The position numbers and the translations under genes are program-made. 64,000 nt of DNA from Terriglobia bacterium. Its GTDB lineage: Bacteria; Acidobacteriota; UBA6911. The stretch lies in contig CAVTZY010000033.1 in NCBI GenBank assembly GCA_963739235.1, forward strand, positions 232,226-296,225. The letters are read 5' to 3'. A model generated the notes under the pieces. It made no database searches and was not told where the DNA came from. It saw only the letters and a program-made list of their open reading frames with translations. Of the stretch, positions 60,101-64,000 are shown in pieces; positions within the stretch are counted from its first letter, which is position 1, and every line of letters starts with the position of its first letter.

Positions 60101-63042
60101 TTAATGTGGGGACAAGCTATATCTACGATGCCATGGGCAGATTGGCCACGATCACCCAAGGGGTTCAGGTTCGGTCCTTTGCCTATGACGATCTGGGCCG
60201 GCTCTTGACGGAGACTCATCCGGAAACCGGCACGACCAGTTACGGCTATGACGCCAACGGAAACATGCTCAGCAGGACGGACGCGCGCGGAACCGTGACG
60301 ACGTTCGCCTACGATGAGCTCAACCGCGTGACGCAGAAGAGCTATAGCGACGGAACCCCTTCGGTGAGCTACTACTATGATTCTCAGCCGTCCGGAAGCC
60401 CGATTGCAGCGATCAATCCGGTGGGCCGGCTGACCAAGGTGACAAGAACCGTATCGGGAGTGACGGCGAGCACCTATTACAGCTACTGCAGCTGCTCCGC
60501 GATCACCCAGGAGGCGACGGTAATCAATGACGGCACGGCGAAAACCTACATAACGAGCTACAGCTATAACCTGGCCGGGCAGTTGACGTCGATAACCTAC
60601 CCAAATGGGAAGGTTGTGAGCTACACGCTCGACGATGCGGGACGGCAGATCAATGCATCGTCGACCTACAACGGCCAACCCTTTGATTATATCTACTCGG
60701 CGTACTATGGGGGGCCGGCGGGCCAGATTACCCGGCTGCAGTACCCGATCAGGTATCCTTACCCTAACGGGCAGCGAGTGGAGGCGAACTACACATATGC
60801 GCCGCAGTCAGGGCAGCTGATACATATGGAGTCCTACCAGCTGAGCCTGAACTACGGTTATGTATCCGGGCGAATTTACGACATTACGGATCTTCTCAAT
60901 CAGAACGAAAGTCAGCACTTCGAGTACGACCGCTGGTGGCGGCTAACGGGCTATTGGAAGTCTCCGTCCCGAGGCTACAGCGGCGCCAAGATGCATTTCA
61001 GCTACGACCTCTACAACAACCTCACCGGCATGGACGCCTATGGCGTGCCCTGGACATTCAACGTCAACGTCGCCACCAACCGCGTCTCCAGCAGAACTAT
61101 TTGGAGTTCAAACGATTCCTTTACCTATGATTCTGCCGGTAACATGACGAGCATGGGCACCTTTGACGCCGAAAATCGCCTAATTCAGACTGCGCAAGGT
61201 GCCGGTTACCTGTACGACGGCAACGGACGGCGCTTCCGCACGAACGATGGAAACGTGGTAAACTATGTCTATTCCTACACGGGCCAGCTGCTGATGGAGG
61301 ACAGGGTTTCCGAATCGTTGTCGAGTAATTACATCTACTTCAATGGGCAGATGGTGGCGATTCATCAGCAGGACGAGACCATTCGCTTCTTGATCAAGGA
61401 TCATCTCGGGTCCACGCGCAAGGTGATTAGCGTCCCACTGTTCCCATATGAAACTTGGCAGTACAACTGGTACAACTGGTCCCTGACCAAGAGCTACGAT
61501 TATGAACCTTTCGGGGGATCGTTGTCCTCGAGCGGGCCGACCCGACAACGGTTTCAGGGGAAGGATCGGAGCGGCGGCTTGGATTATTACGGCGCTAGAT
61601 TCTACGACAGCAGAAACATCCAGGCTCCTCCTTACGGCACCATGCGCTGGATCTCGGCCGATTCCTTGACGTCTCGCATCTACGATCCCCCATCCCTGAA
61701 CAAATACACCTACGTCAGAAACGACCCCGTCAACCTCATCGACCCGGATGGAAGAAACGTAGCAGCTCCAAATGGCTACGCTCCGCCGGGTTTGTTGTTT
61801 GAGTTTGACTGGGAAATATTTAGTCCCACTGCCGTCATATCGGGCGGGGAAGGTGAGATTACCGGCTTGAATATTGGTCTATCCTCGGAACCAGGCGACG
61901 ATATTGGTAGCCCCGATATTCTGGGGACCGTGTTCAACGTTCATGAGTTCAAGCGGGACGACGGTTCGACGGGCAAGGTCATGAGCGTCATACTGGCCGA
62001 CGAAACCGGGACCGTCAGGACATCGTTCTGGGGCAACGCCGTCGAACTCGCGAAGAAGTTTTCAATCGGCGACATCGTTTCCATCCACAACGCATACACC
62101 CGCGCGGGATTGGCGAGCAAGCCGGAGGTCCAAATCGGGCGCTCCACTAGCATCGACATAAATCCGGCTGGCATCTCCGTCGGCGAGCTGAAGCCGAGCA
62201 GGATAAAGATCGGCGAGCTCGAGGTCGGCATGGACGCGCTCGAGGTGGTCGGCAGGGTGATAGAGGTATCGAGGGCGAGGGAGTTCACGCGCACCGACGG
62301 CAGCAAGGGAAAGGTCGCGACCCTCGGGATAGGCGACGAGACGGGGACGACGCGGCTCTCGCTCTGGCAGGATGCCGTCGATAAAGCTGAAAAAATAAAA
62401 GTCGGGGACATCATCAAAGCGACGAATTGCTACGGCGCCCTCGGATTGTACGGCCAGCCCGAGCTGCACCTTGGGAGGCAGGGGAGCATCGATGTGAACC
62501 CGTCGATGGAGGGAGAACTGCCGCGGGCCGACGTGCTGTCGATGGCGATCGCCGCCCCGGAGCGCATAGAAATAGGGGCGCTCGAGAAGGAGGGCCTCAA
62601 GGTCCAGGTGCGCGGCACGATAGTCAGGGTCTTTCAGAGGAGGCCGCTCTTCGATGTCTGCCCGCTGTGCGGCCGCAGCCTCGGCAGCGTCGACCACAGC
62701 CTCCTGTGCGAGGAGTGCGGCAAAGTGGTCACGCCCGAGCATCGGGTCGTCGTGAGCTTCCTGGTCGAGGATGGCACCGGAAACATCAGGGCCGTGCTCT
62801 TCGGAAAGGTCGCGGAGAAATTGCTCGGCATGGACGCGCAGCAGGTGTTCGGACTCTTCAAACAGACCCCCGACGTCATCGAGCTCTACAACAAGCTCAA
62901 CATATTGGGCAAGGAGGTCACGATCACCGGGACCACGCGCTACGACAAGTACTTCAACCAGCTCGAGATCAGGGCGAGCGATGTCGAGATCCCGGAGCCG
63001 AAACAGGAGGCGCGCGCGCTGTTGGAAAAAATAAAAGCATGA
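57126..63042 (+). pseudogene. RHS/YD-repeat protein (about 1,970 aa) split into two ORFs by a +1 shift at or near the A5 run 60019-60023
   Basis: GGAGGA RBS before the ATG at 57126 and an N-terminal signal or TM segment. Many YD repeats ('YTYDSLDRP', 'YIYDAMGRL', 'FAYDDLGRL', 'YGYDANGNM'). RHS core end 'YYGARFYDS...NKYTYVRNDPVNLIDPDG' (DPDG at 61741-61752). Frame 1 reads 'SKNGTRNFWYQEDGKINTVQLEDPDTG' from 60016. Confidence 0.85.
61915..63039 (+). other. archaeal-type replication protein A (RPA)-like module in frame with the RHS core: three OB folds, the third with a Zn ribbon
   Basis: OB signatures 'FKRDDGSTGKVMSVILADETGTVRTSFWGNAV' and 'FTRTDGSKGKVATLGIGDETGTTRLSLWQDAV'. Zn ribbon 'CPLCGRSLGSVDHSLLCEECG' (62659-62718). 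Third OB 'FLVEDGTGNIRAVLFGKVAE'. Confidence 0.75.
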
Positions 63043-63067
63043 ATGACGACATTAGGACGTGGAACCG

Positions 63068-64000
63068 ATGGAAAGAAAAACGCAATCGATCGAAAGTCTG
63101 CCGGGCGTCGGAGAGGCGACCGCGGATAAGCTTCGTGAAGCCGGTTACGGAACTGTCGAGTCGCTCGCCGTCGTGACGGTAGAGGAACTCTGCGAAGTCG
63201 CGGAGATCGGAGAAAGCCAAGCCAAAAAAATCATCGCGGCTGCCAAAAAAGCTGCTGACATAGGCGAGTTTGTAACTGCTGATCAAGTTCTCGAGCGCCG
63301 GAAGACAGTCGGCTGGATAACCACGGGCAGCAAGCAGCTGGACACGTTGCTCGGCGGCGGGGTTGAGACCCGGGCGGTGACGGAAGCTTTTGGAGAGTTC
63401 GGTGCCGGCAAATCTCAGCTCGGCCATCAGCTTTGCGTGAACTGTGCAGCTGCCTCCGGAGCGGGGCGGCTTGAACGGCAGGGCGATATTCATAGACACG
63501 GAAAACACGTTCAGACCAGAGCGCATCATAAGTATGGCGGGTGGAGTCGATTTGGATTCGAACGAGGTGCTGAAAAATATTTTGGTCGCGCGGTCCTACA
63601 ACACGGACCAGCAACTCTTGATAGCTGAAAAGGCCGAGGACATCATCGAGAAGGAAAACGTGCGACTGCTGGTGATCGACAGTTTGACCTCCCATTTCAG
63701 GGCCGAGTTCACCGGGAGGGAGACGCTCGCCGAACGGCAGCAGAAACTCGCCAGGCACCTCTTGGTCCTGCACCGCATAGCGGATCTAAAGGACGTCGCC
63801 ATCTACGTCACGAACCAGGTGCAGGCGCGCCCAGACATGTTTTTCGGTGACCCGACTAGGCCAATAGGCGGCCACGTCTTGGCACACTCCGCAACGACCC
63901 GCATCTACATGCGGAAATCCAAGGGCGGGCGGCGAATAGCGCGCATAGTCGATAGCCCGAGCCTGCCCGAGGGAGAATCCATTTTCAACATAACAGAGAG
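63068..64000 (+). pseudogene. radA: archaeal/eukaryotic-type RadA (Rad51-like) recombinase, frameshifted at about 63443 and running off the window
   Basis: N-terminal HhH '[27 protein letters not shown]' and Walker A '[17 protein letters not shown]'. One extra nt at about 63443. The next frame reads '[28 protein letters not shown]...[15 protein letters not shown]...YVTNQV...[17 protein letters not shown]', open to position 64000. Confidence 0.85.

Overview
High-GC bacterial chromosome segment. The gene content and the dense intergenic repeat families resemble Acidobacteria, but that assignment is an inference.

Positions 1-45.9 kb hold ordinary core and accessory genes:
- dinG-like helicase, glyA, proS, a xerC-type recombinase, trmFO and msrB.
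- A TolC-family outer-membrane protein.
- An NtrY/NtrX-like two-component pair. The regulator carries an in-frame TGA.
- A sugar-nucleotide epimerase and a methyltransferase.
- A TatT-associated TRAP transporter.
- An ECF sigma factor coupled to a Ser/Thr kinase.
- An AmmeMemoRadiSam cluster whose proteins carry export signals.
- Hydrolases, a sulfatase, a ROK glucokinase with an MFS sugar porter, and ggt.

At 45,954 a tRNA-Ser(GGA) is followed by a tyrosine integrase, and the rest of the window (46-64 kb) looks like an integrated island. It contains:
- An excisionase-like HTH gene.
- An ISAzo13-family IS with 34-bp inverted repeats and an A8 slippery site.
- A 3.8-kb IS21-like element whose IstA is fused to a DnaG-like primase/Toprim module. 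Its istB is frameshifted.
- An ORF-free, roughly 850-nt helix-rich region that looks like an ORF-less group II intron on the minus strand.
- A roughly 5.9-kb RHS/YD-repeat gene.

The most unusual signal is at the 3' end. After the RHS core terminus (DPDG at 61,741) the reading frame continues into an archaeal-type RPA (three OB folds, the last carrying a Zn ribbon). A frameshifted archaeal-type radA follows 25 nt downstream, and codon usage switches abruptly to AGG/ATA-rich. This is either a cross-domain acquisition sitting in the RHS toxin/immunity slots or a chimeric assembly join, and that must be settled first.

No rRNA genes or CRISPR arrays were seen. Several disruptions in or next to short homopolymer runs raise the possibility of sequencing errors.
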